Shown: one piece after another, positions 55,557 through 63,804 of the stretch
Layout of the letters: every line of letters starts with the position of its first letter
Numbering within the stretch: the stretch's first letter is position 1
Assembly (NCBI GenBank): GCA_045661305.1
Contig: JAZRFJ010000001.1
Location: 2,970-66,969 of the forward strand
Direction: 5' to 3'
Source: Clostridia bacterium
GTDB lineage: Bacteria > Bacillota > Clostridia > UMGS1840
DNA length: 64,000 nt
The notes under the pieces: model-generated
The model's database searches: none
The model's input: only the letters and a program-made list of their open reading frames with translations
What the model was told of the DNA's origin: nothing
Position numbers and translations under genes: made by a program

Positions 55557-55585
55557 ATTATAGAATATTTTTTTTGATTTGTCAA
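55557..55585 (-). promoter_or_regulatory. consensus sigma-A promoter convergent with the peptide gene
   Basis: On the - strand, TTGACA, a 17-nt spacer, then TATAAT. Confidence 0.7.
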
Positions 55586-55596
55586 TAGGTTTTCGT

Positions 55597-55636
55597 AAAA
55601 AAATCCCTTGTCGGTGTTCGACAAGGGATTTTTTGT
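55597..55636. terminator. bidirectional rho-independent terminator (hairpin T2, near-twin of T1)
   Basis: aaaaaaatcccttgtcg / cgacaagggatttttt. The stem sequence is almost identical to T1. Confidence 0.8.
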
Positions 55637-55663
55637 TTTAATTAATCAAATTGTAATTATTGA

Positions 55664-55834
55664 TTATGCCTTAGGCTGTGAAGAAGCATCTGAAAGTGCT
55701 AAGTTGTAAACTGTTGTAACAGTTCCGTTAGCATCTGTAGATGTAGCAGCTTTGATAGGATTTACATCAGCTGCGATAGCTTCTCTTGACTGTAATTCAA
55801 TAATTTCAACTGTTGGTCTTGTATATTTTTTCAT
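55664..55834 (-). CDS. unannotated 56-aa ORF, last gene of the cohesin/dockerin-like operon (MKKYTRPTVEIIELQSREAIAADVNPIKAATSTDANGTVTTVYNLALSDASSQPKA)
   Basis: An AAGGAGG SD lies 7 nt upstream of the ATG. The ORF starts 29 nt after the upstream gene's stop and is followed by terminator T2. It is below the ORF-track length cut-off. Confidence 0.6.
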   Translation of the reverse strand: MKKYTRPTVEIIELQSREAIAADVNPIKAATSTDANGTVTTVYNLALSDASSQPKA

Positions 55835-55863
55835 TATATTATTCCTCCTTAAAAATCATTGAA

Positions 55864-56691
55864 TTAGTTCTTTGTTGCAGTCTGATAATCTGCATCGGTT
55901 GTAGTTTCGCCTACAAATATCTGGCAATCATATTCTTTTGAGAAATCAAGAATATTACCATCTGGGTCATAAAGTCTGATTACCCAATAGTTTCCATCGA
56001 GAACATCATCTGCACCAACATATTTATGTCCGCCAAATACGATACCATATTCTCCTGCTGCAAGATTTCCTGTAGCTTTAGCAAATACTGTTGCTACTTT
56101 TGAACCAGCTGCGAAGCCTTCTGTAACTGAACCATCTGCAGCTTTTACGCCTTCGTATGTTGGCTCGAATACTTCTTCGCCTGATTTAACTGTTGTTGTG
56201 AATGTAGCACTAGCAATTGTAGCCATACCACCATCATTCATGTCATCTAAATTGTTGGATTTTCCAATAGTTTCAAAAGTATATGTTGTACCATTCGCTG
56301 CATCGCTTGGAACAGTGAAAGTAGCTGTCATTGCAACAGAGCTTGATTTAACAACAAATGTATCTTCTGTTTCGCCATTAAAATAAATATATTTTTTATC
56401 TCCATCGGTTTTATCAGGAAAATTCTGGAAAATTCCATAACCGCCATCTGCTAAACCAGTTAAGGTTAACTCACTCGGATAGTATATTCTCACACCGGCA
56501 AATGCGCCATTAACCTCTAAGTCTGCGCCAGCATCAAAATAGAACTCTAAGTTAACTGTTTGACCTGGCTCAACTGTTGCTGGTAAATTGGATGTTAATG
56601 TAATTGTTGCTTCATCTTCAAAAGCTAAAGTTACTAATGAAAATGAAAGAATCACTGCAACTATTGCGAGTAAACTTAAAAATCTTTTCAT
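55864..56691 (-). CDS. secreted protein with cohesin-like N-terminal domain
   Basis: 275 aa with a signal peptide. ITLTSNLPATVEPGQTVNLEFYFD..FAGVRIYYPSELTLTG resembles the first strands of cohesin modules. The call is by resemblance only. Confidence 0.5.
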   Translation of the reverse strand: MKRFLSLLAIVAVILSFSLVTLAFEDEATITLTSNLPATVEPGQTVNLEFYFDAGADLEVNGAFAGVRIYYPSELTLTGLADGGYGIFQNFPDKTDGDKKYIYFNGETEDTFVVKSSSVAMTATFTVPSDAANGTTYTFETIGKSNNLDDMNDGGMATIASATFTTTVKSGEEVFEPTYEGVKAADGSVTEGFAAGSKVATVFAKATGNLAAGEYGIVFGGHKYVGADDVLDGNYWVIRLYDPDGNILDFSKEYDCQIFVGETTTDADYQTATKN

Positions 56692-56705
56692 AGTATTATC
56701 TCCTT

Positions 56706-57851
56706 TTATTTATTAATTATGTAAATAGCTTCGCCAACTGCATAATTAACTTTTTTATCATTATACTTATTTTTAACCTGACCATAGTCTCTTGAACCAA
56801 TCTCGGTATTTTCATCAATATCACCAAGAATTATATCACTACCTTCAAATATAGGTTCACCAACTGCGTAATTAACTTTTTTGTCATTATATTTGTTTTT
56901 AATCTGACCATAGTCTCTTGAACCAATTTCACTGTTTCCGTCAATATCCCCAAGCAATAAGCCTGTATCATATTTAGCATATAATGTAATTGATTCTGTT
57001 ACTGGAATATTAGCGCCAGCATCATAATCTGTAGTACCCTCTGCTGTTGTCCATTTGTAGAATGTGAAACTAACAACTCCACTATCTGTAACGGCAGAAG
57101 TAGCATCAGCTTTAGTTACAGCAGCAGGGGCAGTTACAGCACCATTAACAGCAGTAACAACAATTGCTTCTGAATCTGTACCATTAACAAATGTTACTTT
57201 AATAGTATCTTCCCCACCGCCAACTTCTTTTGGTGTAGCAGTAAATTTAGGATACAAAGCAAGGTCAGAGGTTACTTTTAATGTTGCTAAATTAACTTCA
57301 ACTTCGTTACCCTCATCGTCAATGTAATACCAAGCATCTGCAAAAGTATAGGTGTTTTCGTTATCTGCAGCTTTTGTTGGTGCTTCTTCACCAGTATAAG
57401 CTATTCCAGCGTCTGATGTAGGCTCAACTTCAACTGTTTGAAGTGCTGTTTTTTTATCCCCATTGTAGAATGTAACAGTAAATGGCTGAGCTATTGTACC
57501 AATTTTTGTTTTGTCGATAGCATCACCGCCCATATACACTGTTACTGTTTCTCCAGCATTGAGTGTATCTTTAAGGTCAAAGTTGATAACTGTTTCGCTA
57601 TCCTGTGTAAGCTGATTGATATACTGAATTGAAGATGTGTTAATTTCAGTACCTTTAACAGCCACAATAGTTGTTTGTGTGTTTACATCATCGCTTGTAT
57701 ATGAAGCGTCGTAACCACCACTTTCGCCCTTTTCCAAAGTTACAGCTGTTGTTAATTCTGGATTAGGCGTAACTGTGATTTCAGCAAATGAAGTTAATGA
57801 CATTGTGCCTATAACGGCAATTGCAGAAATCATTGCAATAAGCTTTTTCAT
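56706..57851 (-). CDS. secreted protein with two Listeria-Bacteroides-type repeats and a C-terminal duplicated EF-hand (dockerin-like) module
   Basis: 381 aa with a signal peptide. FTVTFYNG..YTFADAW and IKVTFVNG..FTFYKW..ITLYAKY are the repeats. It also has 2x GDIDGNSEIGSRDYGQIKNKYN, a 12-residue DxDxN..D Ca-loop plus helix. Confidence 0.65.
   Translation of the reverse strand: MKKLIAMISAIAVIGTMSLTSFAEITVTPNPELTTAVTLEKGESGGYDASYTSDDVNTQTTIVAVKGTEINTSSIQYINQLTQDSETVINFDLKDTLNAGETVTVYMGGDAIDKTKIGTIAQPFTVTFYNGDKKTALQTVEVEPTSDAGIAYTGEEAPTKAADNENTYTFADAWYYIDDEGNEVEVNLATLKVTSDLALYPKFTATPKEVGGGEDTIKVTFVNGTDSEAIVVTAVNGAVTAPAAVTKADATSAVTDSGVVSFTFYKWTTAEGTTDYDAGANIPVTESITLYAKYDTGLLLGDIDGNSEIGSRDYGQIKNKYNDKKVNYAVGEPIFEGSDIILGDIDENTEIGSRDYGQVKNKYNDKKVNYAVGEAIYIINK
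56730..56954 (-). repeat. tandem duplication encoding the two dockerin-like segments (33-aa units, 9-aa spacer)
   Basis: Units at 56856-56954 and 56730-56828 encode LGDID[GE]N[ST]EIGSRDYGQ[IV]KNKYNDKKVNYAVGE. The units are also highly similar at the nucleotide level. Confidence 0.85.
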
Positions 57852-58018
57852 AGGTTTTTTCTTCCTTTCTATGCCTCTGTTTATTTTTTGATTTTTAAAT
57901 TTTTTCGAGGCGGATTTTATTTAATTTTTTTATACAAAAGCCAAAAGCTTTAATAAACAAAACAGCTATTTTGTTAACTAAATACTTTTTTCGCCATTTT
58001 TTCGCTTTTTTTTGTACA

Positions 58019-58050
58019 CAAAAAAAGCGGTGCATCAGCACCGCTAAAAA
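58019..58050. terminator. bidirectional terminator downstream of doc
   Basis: Stem agcggtgc/gcaccgct flanked by A runs on both sides. Confidence 0.6.
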
Positions 58051-58062
58051 GTAAAAATTTAT

Positions 58063-58440
58063 TTATTTCTTAAATTTTTTTATCCACTCTAAAATCTCGT
58101 TATATTTCATTTTCCCTGCAGCGACAGCTAACCCCAACTCAATAACATCTTCGTTCAAACAATTCATTTTTATCCCCTCAGCCTCCAAGAATGTGAGCAT
58201 GACATATATACCTATTCTCTTATTTCCATCGATAAATGCGTGATTAGATATTAATGAAAATCCTAAGCTTGCTGCTTTTTCCTCTTTTGTTTTATATAGT
58301 TCCTCGCCACCAAAGGTTGAATATGCGTTGTTTATTGCACTTTCTAAAAGTCCGATATCTCTAACCCCGATACTTCCGCCTGTTTCTTTGGCTATTAGTT
58401 GATGAAGAAGTAAAACTTTTTGCTTAGTTAATTTTATCAT
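58063..58440 (-). CDS. doc: type II toxin, Doc/Fic family
   Basis: 125 aa with the Fic/Doc motif HAFIDGNKRIG. It overlaps the antitoxin stop by 4 nt. Confidence 0.9.
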   Translation of the reverse strand: MIKLTKQKVLLLHQLIAKETGGSIGVRDIGLLESAINNAYSTFGGEELYKTKEEKAASLGFSLISNHAFIDGNKRIGIYVMLTFLEAEGIKMNCLNEDVIELGLAVAAGKMKYNEILEWIKKFKK

Positions 58441-58679
58441 TTTGCCAACTCCTCAAAAGCAGGTCTGAATTTATCCAAAACTCTTTTTGCTGCAATATCA
58501 ATTTTCTCATCGTCTGTAATATCGAAATAAGAATTTGAATCTACATCAATAAGAATAAACTTTGGTTTATTGTTTTTGAATATAATTGCCTGACCATTAT
58601 TTTCAGCTACCTTAGCTACCTTTGAAAAATTTTGATTTGCTTCTGTCATAGTAGCAATTGTTTCAGTATTGATGTTCAT
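58437..58679 (-). CDS. phd: type II antitoxin, Phd/YefM family
   Basis: 80 aa. The N-terminus (TEANQNFSKV..GQAIIFKNNKPKFILIDV) is typical of Phd/YefM. Confidence 0.85.
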   Translation of the reverse strand: MNINTETIATMTEANQNFSKVAKVAENNGQAIIFKNNKPKFILIDVDSNSYFDITDDEKIDIAAKRVLDKFRPAFEELAK

Positions 58680-58769
58680 AATATTCCTCCTATTTTTTAT
58701 TCAATAAATATATCCTATTTGTTATATTATACACGAATTACAGCATAATGTCAACTTGTTTTTAATTTT

Positions 58770-59831
58770 TTACTTATTAACCTTTATATAATGCACAACA
58801 ATCGCAACAAGTGCAAAAACTCCAAAAACTCCGCACAGAGGATAAATTGTTCCGATTAACTTATCAAAACCTACAAGACTTAACAGACAAGCCAGAAAAC
58901 TTAGAAAAATTGTAAGAATAGCAGACTTTTTCCTTTGGAAATTATATTTTTCTTTAACATATTCACACACTGCGACCAAGGAAGAAAGGGAAGTGGAAAA
59001 CATTGCGCCTAATAGAAAGAAAGCGTACGCAAAACCGACAAATATATTTGCCTTTTCTGCTATAAACAGCATCGGCAACTGTGAAAAAGTGCTTTCCCTA
59101 TCAGTATTCATCGCCATAATAATACAAAAAGAAATTAGAGTTAAAATTAAGCAACCCGTTGCTGTTCCTGCCACAAGAATTTTTTTTGATTTGTACTTTT
59201 GTGCAACAGGAGCAAGAATTCCTATTGAGCCAAAAAAGTTATATGAAACATAAAGAAGGGCAGATATCAGAGGATTTTGTAACAGAGTGTCTTTGCTTTC
59301 CTGAACAACAATTGAAAAGCCGTTCTTGTTTAAAGCACTTATTCCTATAACGACAGCACCAAGTATAAGCGGTGGAACAAAGAGCGAGAAAACATTAATA
59401 ACCCCTCGTATGCCTTTTAGAGAAACAAAGCAAACAAGAAAACAAAAAATGGAACTTCCAACTATAATATGTAATCCCAAGAGCTGATTAAGAAGTGCAC
59501 CTGCACCCGCACACATAATTATATATATTCCTATAATAAAAAACACCTGAATAAATCCGACAAAATTTCTTAAACTTTCCCAATAGCCTCTTTTTTGTGG
59601 AATTACGATTTCATCCATAAGAATTATGCCTGTTTTTTGGGAAAGATTAAGGACTATGTATCCAAAAATAAAAAACAACATAATTGCCAGAATCATTCCC
59701 ATAAATCCATTTTTGCCATAAATTCCGAAAAATTGCCATAGCTCTTGTCCCGAAACAAAGCCTGCCCCCAAAAAGCAACCTGCAAAAACAAAGCCAAGCT
59801 GTATTATATTTAAAAATTTCAATTTTACCAC
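58770..59831 (-). CDS. YkvI-family membrane protein (APC-superfamily-like transporter)
   Basis: 353 aa with about 11 TM segments. The N-terminus AGCFLGAGFVSGQELWQFFG is typical of YkvI. Confidence 0.65.
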   Translation of the reverse strand: MVKLKFLNIIQLGFVFAGCFLGAGFVSGQELWQFFGIYGKNGFMGMILAIMLFFIFGYIVLNLSQKTGIILMDEIVIPQKRGYWESLRNFVGFIQVFFIIGIYIIMCAGAGALLNQLLGLHIIVGSSIFCFLVCFVSLKGIRGVINVFSLFVPPLILGAVVIGISALNKNGFSIVVQESKDTLLQNPLISALLYVSYNFFGSIGILAPVAQKYKSKKILVAGTATGCLILTLISFCIIMAMNTDRESTFSQLPMLFIAEKANIFVGFAYAFFLLGAMFSTSLSSLVAVCEYVKEKYNFQRKKSAILTIFLSFLACLLSLVGFDKLIGTIYPLCGVFGVFALVAIVVHYIKVNK

Positions 59832-60169
59832 CCCGTAATATATTTATTATACAATTATATATATAAGGCATTTTTTTGTCAAGCGAAACATTTTTCATTT
59901 TTCGTGTTTTTCAGAAAAAGTTACAAAAAAAAGAAAAAAATTCAAAAAAATATTGACAAATAAAAAAAACTGTGTTATATTAATAAATGCCTTTTTGCAG
60001 GCGTTCTTTTTTTATGCGAAAAAAGGGCAGGCTTTTTGTGGAGATTTGAGGGTTTGTTCAAAGTGTTGGTTTTTAGAATCCACAGTATTTATGCTTAAAG
60101 GTGACATAAAACTTGTTAAAAATTTATTATATACATTTTTATAATGTTCTTTAGACGGAGGTGCTAAAA

Positions 60170-60319
60170 ATGAGAGTAAAAATTACATTAGCTTGCACAG
60201 AATGCAAACAGAGAAACTATGACAAAATGAAAAACAAGAAAAACGATCCTGATCGTTTGGAAATGAAAAAGTATTGCAGATTTTGCAGAAAGCACACAAT
60301 GCATAAAGAAACAAAATAA
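60170..60319 (+). CDS. rpmG: 50S ribosomal protein L33
   Basis: 49 aa, [49 protein letters not shown]. It has a GGAGG RBS and is not in the ORF track. Confidence 0.95.
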   Translation: MRVKITLACTECKQRNYDKMKNKKNDPDRLEMKKYCRFCRKHTMHKETK

Positions 60320-60355
60320 TAAGGCTATATACGCCGTATGAAAGGAATGAATACC

Positions 60356-60553
60356 ATGAGCGAGAAAAAAGAAAATGCTTTGGTTAAAGGCTTTAAAGGT
60401 ATAAAGTCAGAAATGAAAAAAGTTACATGGCCTTCTTTTAAACAGGTTGCAAATAATACATGGACTGTTATTCTTTCAGTAATTATCGTTGGTTTGATTA
60501 TATTTGTTCTTGACTTTGTATTTGGTGCACTGTTGCAGAATTTTATAAAGTAG
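60356..60553 (+). CDS. secE: preprotein translocase subunit SecE
   Basis: It has a single C-terminal TM and the motif KKVTWPS. I chose the start at ATG 60356; 60338 is also possible. Confidence 0.9.
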   Translation: MSEKKENALVKGFKGIKSEMKKVTWPSFKQVANNTWTVILSVIIVGLIIFVLDFVFGALLQNFIK

Positions 60554-60568
60554 TAAGGAGTATTGTTG

Positions 60569-61087
60569 ATGGAAGATGCTAAATGGTATGTAATCCACAC
60601 TTTTTCCGGCTACGAAAATAAAGTAAAAAGCAATTTGGAAAGACTGATTGAAAACAGAGGATTGCAGGATAAAATAGTAGACATCAGACTTCCTGAAGAA
60701 GAAGTTGTCGAAATAAAAGGCGATGAGAAAAAGGTTACCAAAAGAAAGTTGATGCCAAGCTATCTGTTTCTTAAAATGGTGATGGATAATAACACATGGT
60801 ATGTTGTAAGAAATACCAGAGGTGTTACCGGCTTTGTCGGCCCAGGCTCAAAGCCTGTTCCTCTCAGTGATGAAGAAGTTATCGCAATGGAGCTTGAAAA
60901 GCGTACAATCGAAATTGATTTTGAGGTTGGCGATGATGTAAGAATCATTGAAGGCTCTTTTGAAGGTTTTGTCGGCGTAGTTCAGTCGATAAATCTTGAA
61001 GAAGAAAAATTCACCGTCCTTCTTTCAATGCTCGGCCGTGAAACACCGGTTGAATTTGAATTTGGACAGGCTGAAAAATTAGCATAA
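60569..61087 (+). CDS. nusG: transcription termination/antitermination factor NusG
   Basis: MEDAKWYVIHTFSGYENKV with NGN and KOW domains. An AAGGAG RBS lies 8 nt upstream of ATG 60569. Confidence 0.95.
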   Translation: MEDAKWYVIHTFSGYENKVKSNLERLIENRGLQDKIVDIRLPEEEVVEIKGDEKKVTKRKLMPSYLFLKMVMDNNTWYVVRNTRGVTGFVGPGSKPVPLSDEEVIAMELEKRTIEIDFEVGDDVRIIEGSFEGFVGVVQSINLEEEKFTVLLSMLGRETPVEFEFGQAEKLA

Positions 61088-61249
61088 AACATACCTTGTA
61101 TGTTTTATATAAAATGGGTATTTTCAGGTGAAAATTCCCGTGGGAGAATAAAGGGGCGGTATGAAAAGGCTGCTTTTTGCACCTTTTCCTAAGGAGTTCC
61201 CGAAGTTCAACATTATTACCACATTTTTTTTAATTAGGAGGTGTTCTTC

Positions 61250-61675
61250 ATGGCACAAAAGGTTGTAGGCTTTATAAAACTTCAGATTGAAGCAGGTAAA
61301 GCAACACCAGCACCACCTGTTGGACCTGCACTTGGTCAGCACGGTGTAAACATTATGCAATTCACAAAAGAATTCAACGAAAGAACAAAAAATGATATGG
61401 GACTTATAATCCCTGTTGTTATCACAGTATATGCTGATCGTTCTTTCTCATTCATCACAAAAACCCCACCTGCTGCTGTACTTCTTAAAAAAGCATGTAA
61501 GATTAACAGCGGTTCAGGCGTACCGAACAAAACAAAGGTTGCATCAATCAGCAAAGCAGACTTGCAGAAAATTGCTGAACAGAAAATGCCGGATCTCAAT
61601 GCCGGTTCAATCGAAGCTGCAATGAGCATGATTGCCGGTACTGCAAGAAGCATGGGTATTACTGTACAGGACTAA
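61250..61675 (+). CDS. rplK: 50S ribosomal protein L11
   Basis: [34 protein letters not shown] with an AGGAGG RBS. Confidence 0.97.
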   Translation: MAQKVVGFIKLQIEAGKATPAPPVGPALGQHGVNIMQFTKEFNERTKNDMGLIIPVVITVYADRSFSFITKTPPAAVLLKKACKINSGSGVPNKTKVASISKADLQKIAEQKMPDLNAGSIEAAMSMIAGTARSMGITVQD

Positions 61676-61749
61676 TTTAAGTCAAACAAAAACGTGGGAG
61701 AGCCTTTTTAAAATAGGCTTGATACATTAACCACAGGAGGTAAATTTTT

Positions 61750-62445
61750 ATGTTTAGAGGAAAAAAATATAAGGATTCCGCAAAGCTTGTTGATTCTGCA
61801 AAATTATATGACAGCGTAGAGGCACTTGACCTCGTTTGCAAATGTGCAAAAGCTAAATTTGATGAAACAGTTGAGCTTCACATTAAGCTCGGTGTTGACT
61901 CAAGACACGCTGACCAGCAGGTTAGAGGTGCAGTTGTTCTTCCTAACGGAACAGGTAAAACTGCAAGAGTGCTTGTTTTTGCAAAAGGCGAAAAGCTTGA
62001 TGAAGCTTTAGCTGCAGGTGCAGATTATGCAGGTGCGGAAGAATTAGTTACAAAAATTCAGGGTGAAAACTGGTTTGATTTCGATGTTGTTGTTGCTACA
62101 CCTGATATGATGGGTGTTGTCGGCAGACTCGGTAAAGTTCTCGGTCCAAAAGGCTTAATGCCAAACCCAAAAGCAGGAACAGTTACAATGGATGTTGCTA
62201 AAGCTATTGCTGAAATCAAGAGTGGTAAAATTGAATACCGTCTTGACAAAACAAACATTATTCACTGTCCTATCGGAAAAGTTTCTTTCGGAAAAGAAAA
62301 ACTTTTAGAAAACTTCAACGCTCTTATGAGTGCTGTTATCAAAGCAAAACCTGCTGCTGCAAAAGGTCAGTATCTTAGAAGCGTAGCAGTTGCTTCAACA
62401 ATGGGTCCTGGTGTGAAAATCAATCAGGCAAAAATTGACGCTTAA
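61750..62445 (+). CDS. rplA: 50S ribosomal protein L1
   Basis: 231 aa. The motifs [12 protein letters not shown] and [14 protein letters not shown] fit L1. Confidence 0.97.
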   Translation: MFRGKKYKDSAKLVDSAKLYDSVEALDLVCKCAKAKFDETVELHIKLGVDSRHADQQVRGAVVLPNGTGKTARVLVFAKGEKLDEALAAGADYAGAEELVTKIQGENWFDFDVVVATPDMMGVVGRLGKVLGPKGLMPNPKAGTVTMDVAKAIAEIKSGKIEYRLDKTNIIHCPIGKVSFGKEKLLENFNALMSAVIKAKPAAAKGQYLRSVAVASTMGPGVKINQAKIDA

Positions 62446-62518
62446 TTTTTGATAACAAAGTGGGCTGATAATATCTGCCCGAAAAAACAAAAATAAAAAA
62501 GAAAAAACAGATTTAGTA

Positions 62519-62547
62519 TTGACAAAATGAATTTTTTGTGTTAAAAT
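62519..62547 (+). promoter_or_regulatory. sigma-A promoter of rplJ-rplL
   Basis: TTGACA, a 17-nt spacer, then TAAAAT. Confidence 0.7.
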
Positions 62548-62552
62548 AACTC

Positions 62553-62849
62553 TGTTGTTCCTAAGACAATAGGTGTCAGGTGGGATTCAGGGAGATTTGA
62601 AAGGCATTTCGTATGCTGATTAAGTTGATTGGAAATCTCGTATCTTCTGACTTAAAGTTTCGCCTATCGAGGATAATATAAAAATTGACATTATTTTAGA
62701 TTTTTATATGCTACCCTCGTTTGTCTTGCGGGGGTAGCGTTTTATTGTGTGTTAACACAACAAGGTTCTCCGAAATTCTCGAATTTTAATTCGTTAGAAT
62801 TTCGTGAGGTTCTTATTTTACTATAAATTAAATGGAGGTGTAAAGGTTT
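62553..62849 (+). promoter_or_regulatory. ribosomal protein L10 leader (autoregulatory attenuator)
   Basis: A long structured leader sits between the promoter and rplJ. The 5' part CCUAAGACAAUAGGUG resembles the L10(L12)4 binding mimic. An intrinsic terminator gctaccc/ggggtagc with a U-tract lies at 62710-62746. Confidence 0.6.
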
Positions 62850-63356
62850 ATGCCAAGTAATAAGGTTTTAGAAGCAAAAAAAGGTCTTGTTGAAGAGCTT
62901 AAAGCTAAACTTGACGGTGCGCAGGCTGGTGTTTTAGTAGACTATCGCGGAATCACTGTTGAAGAAGATACAGCTCTCAGAAGAGCTATGAGAGAAGCAG
63001 ACATTGATTACACAGTTGTAAAAAATACTCTTCTTAACTTTGCTATTAAAGGAACAGATATTGAAAGCATCAGTGCATTTCTTGAAGGCCCATCAGCGCT
63101 CGCTGTTTCAAAAAGCGATCCTGTAGCTCCTGCAAGAGTAATCGGTCAATTTATCGACAAGCACGAGAAGCTTACAATTAAAACAGGCTTCATGGACGGA
63201 AGAGTTATTGACGCTGCAGAAATTGTTAAAATTTCTAAATTACCGTCTAAAGAAGAAATGCTTGCTAAAGCATTCGGCAGCATGAAGGCTCCGATTTCTA
63301 ACTTAGCAAGAGTTATTAACCAGATTAAAGAGAAAAAAGAAAGCGAAGTAGCTTAA
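62850..63356 (+). CDS. rplJ: 50S ribosomal protein L10
   Basis: 168 aa, typical L10 N-terminus with a GGAGG RBS. Confidence 0.97.
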   Translation: MPSNKVLEAKKGLVEELKAKLDGAQAGVLVDYRGITVEEDTALRRAMREADIDYTVVKNTLLNFAIKGTDIESISAFLEGPSALAVSKSDPVAPARVIGQFIDKHEKLTIKTGFMDGRVIDAAEIVKISKLPSKEEMLAKAFGSMKAPISNLARVINQIKEKKESEVA

Positions 63357-63429
63357 TTCTCAAAAATCAAAAAATTTAAAAATTAAATTAAAAGTTTAAA
63401 AGAAAAATCAAAAACGGAGGATTTTTAAA

Positions 63430-63804
63430 ATGAGCGAAAAAATCACAAAATTTATTGACGAAATAAAAGAACTTACAGTATTAGAATTAGCTGAATTAGT
63501 TTCAGCTTTAGAAGAAGAATTCGGCGTAAGCGCTGCTGCTGGCGTTGCAGTTGTTGCTGCTGGTGCTGCTGCAGGCGGTGCTGCTGAAGAAAAATCAGAG
63601 TTTGATGTTGTTATGACTTCATTCGGTGACAAGAAACTTGATGTTATCAAAGTTGTTAGAGAAATCACAGGTCTTGGACTTAAAGAAGCAAAAGAAAAAG
63701 TTGAAGGCGTTCCATCAACTCTTAAAGAAGGCGCATCTAAAGAAGAAGCTGAAGAAATCAAATCTAAACTTGAAGCTGCTGGTGCTGCTGTTGAACTTAA
63801 GTAA
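63430..63804 (+). CDS. rplL: 50S ribosomal protein L7/L12
   Basis: 124 aa with an Ala-rich hinge and the C-terminal domain [17 protein letters not shown]. Confidence 0.97.
   Translation: MSEKITKFIDEIKELTVLELAELVSALEEEFGVSAAAGVAVVAAGAAAGGAAEEKSEFDVVMTSFGDKKLDVIKVVREITGLGLKEAKEKVEGVPSTLKEGASKEEAEEIKSKLEAAGAAVELK

Noticed and set aside
59953-60144. 63-aa + strand ORF upstream of rpmG
   Set aside because: It starts at a non-ATG codon inside the promoter-like TTGACA box, has no SD, and lies in the rpmG leader. The real small gene here is rpmG (60170-60319), which the track missed.
63408-63761. 117-aa - strand ORF (Ala/Ser-rich)
   Set aside because: It is antisense to rplL and is an artefact of the GCT/GCA-rich hinge region.
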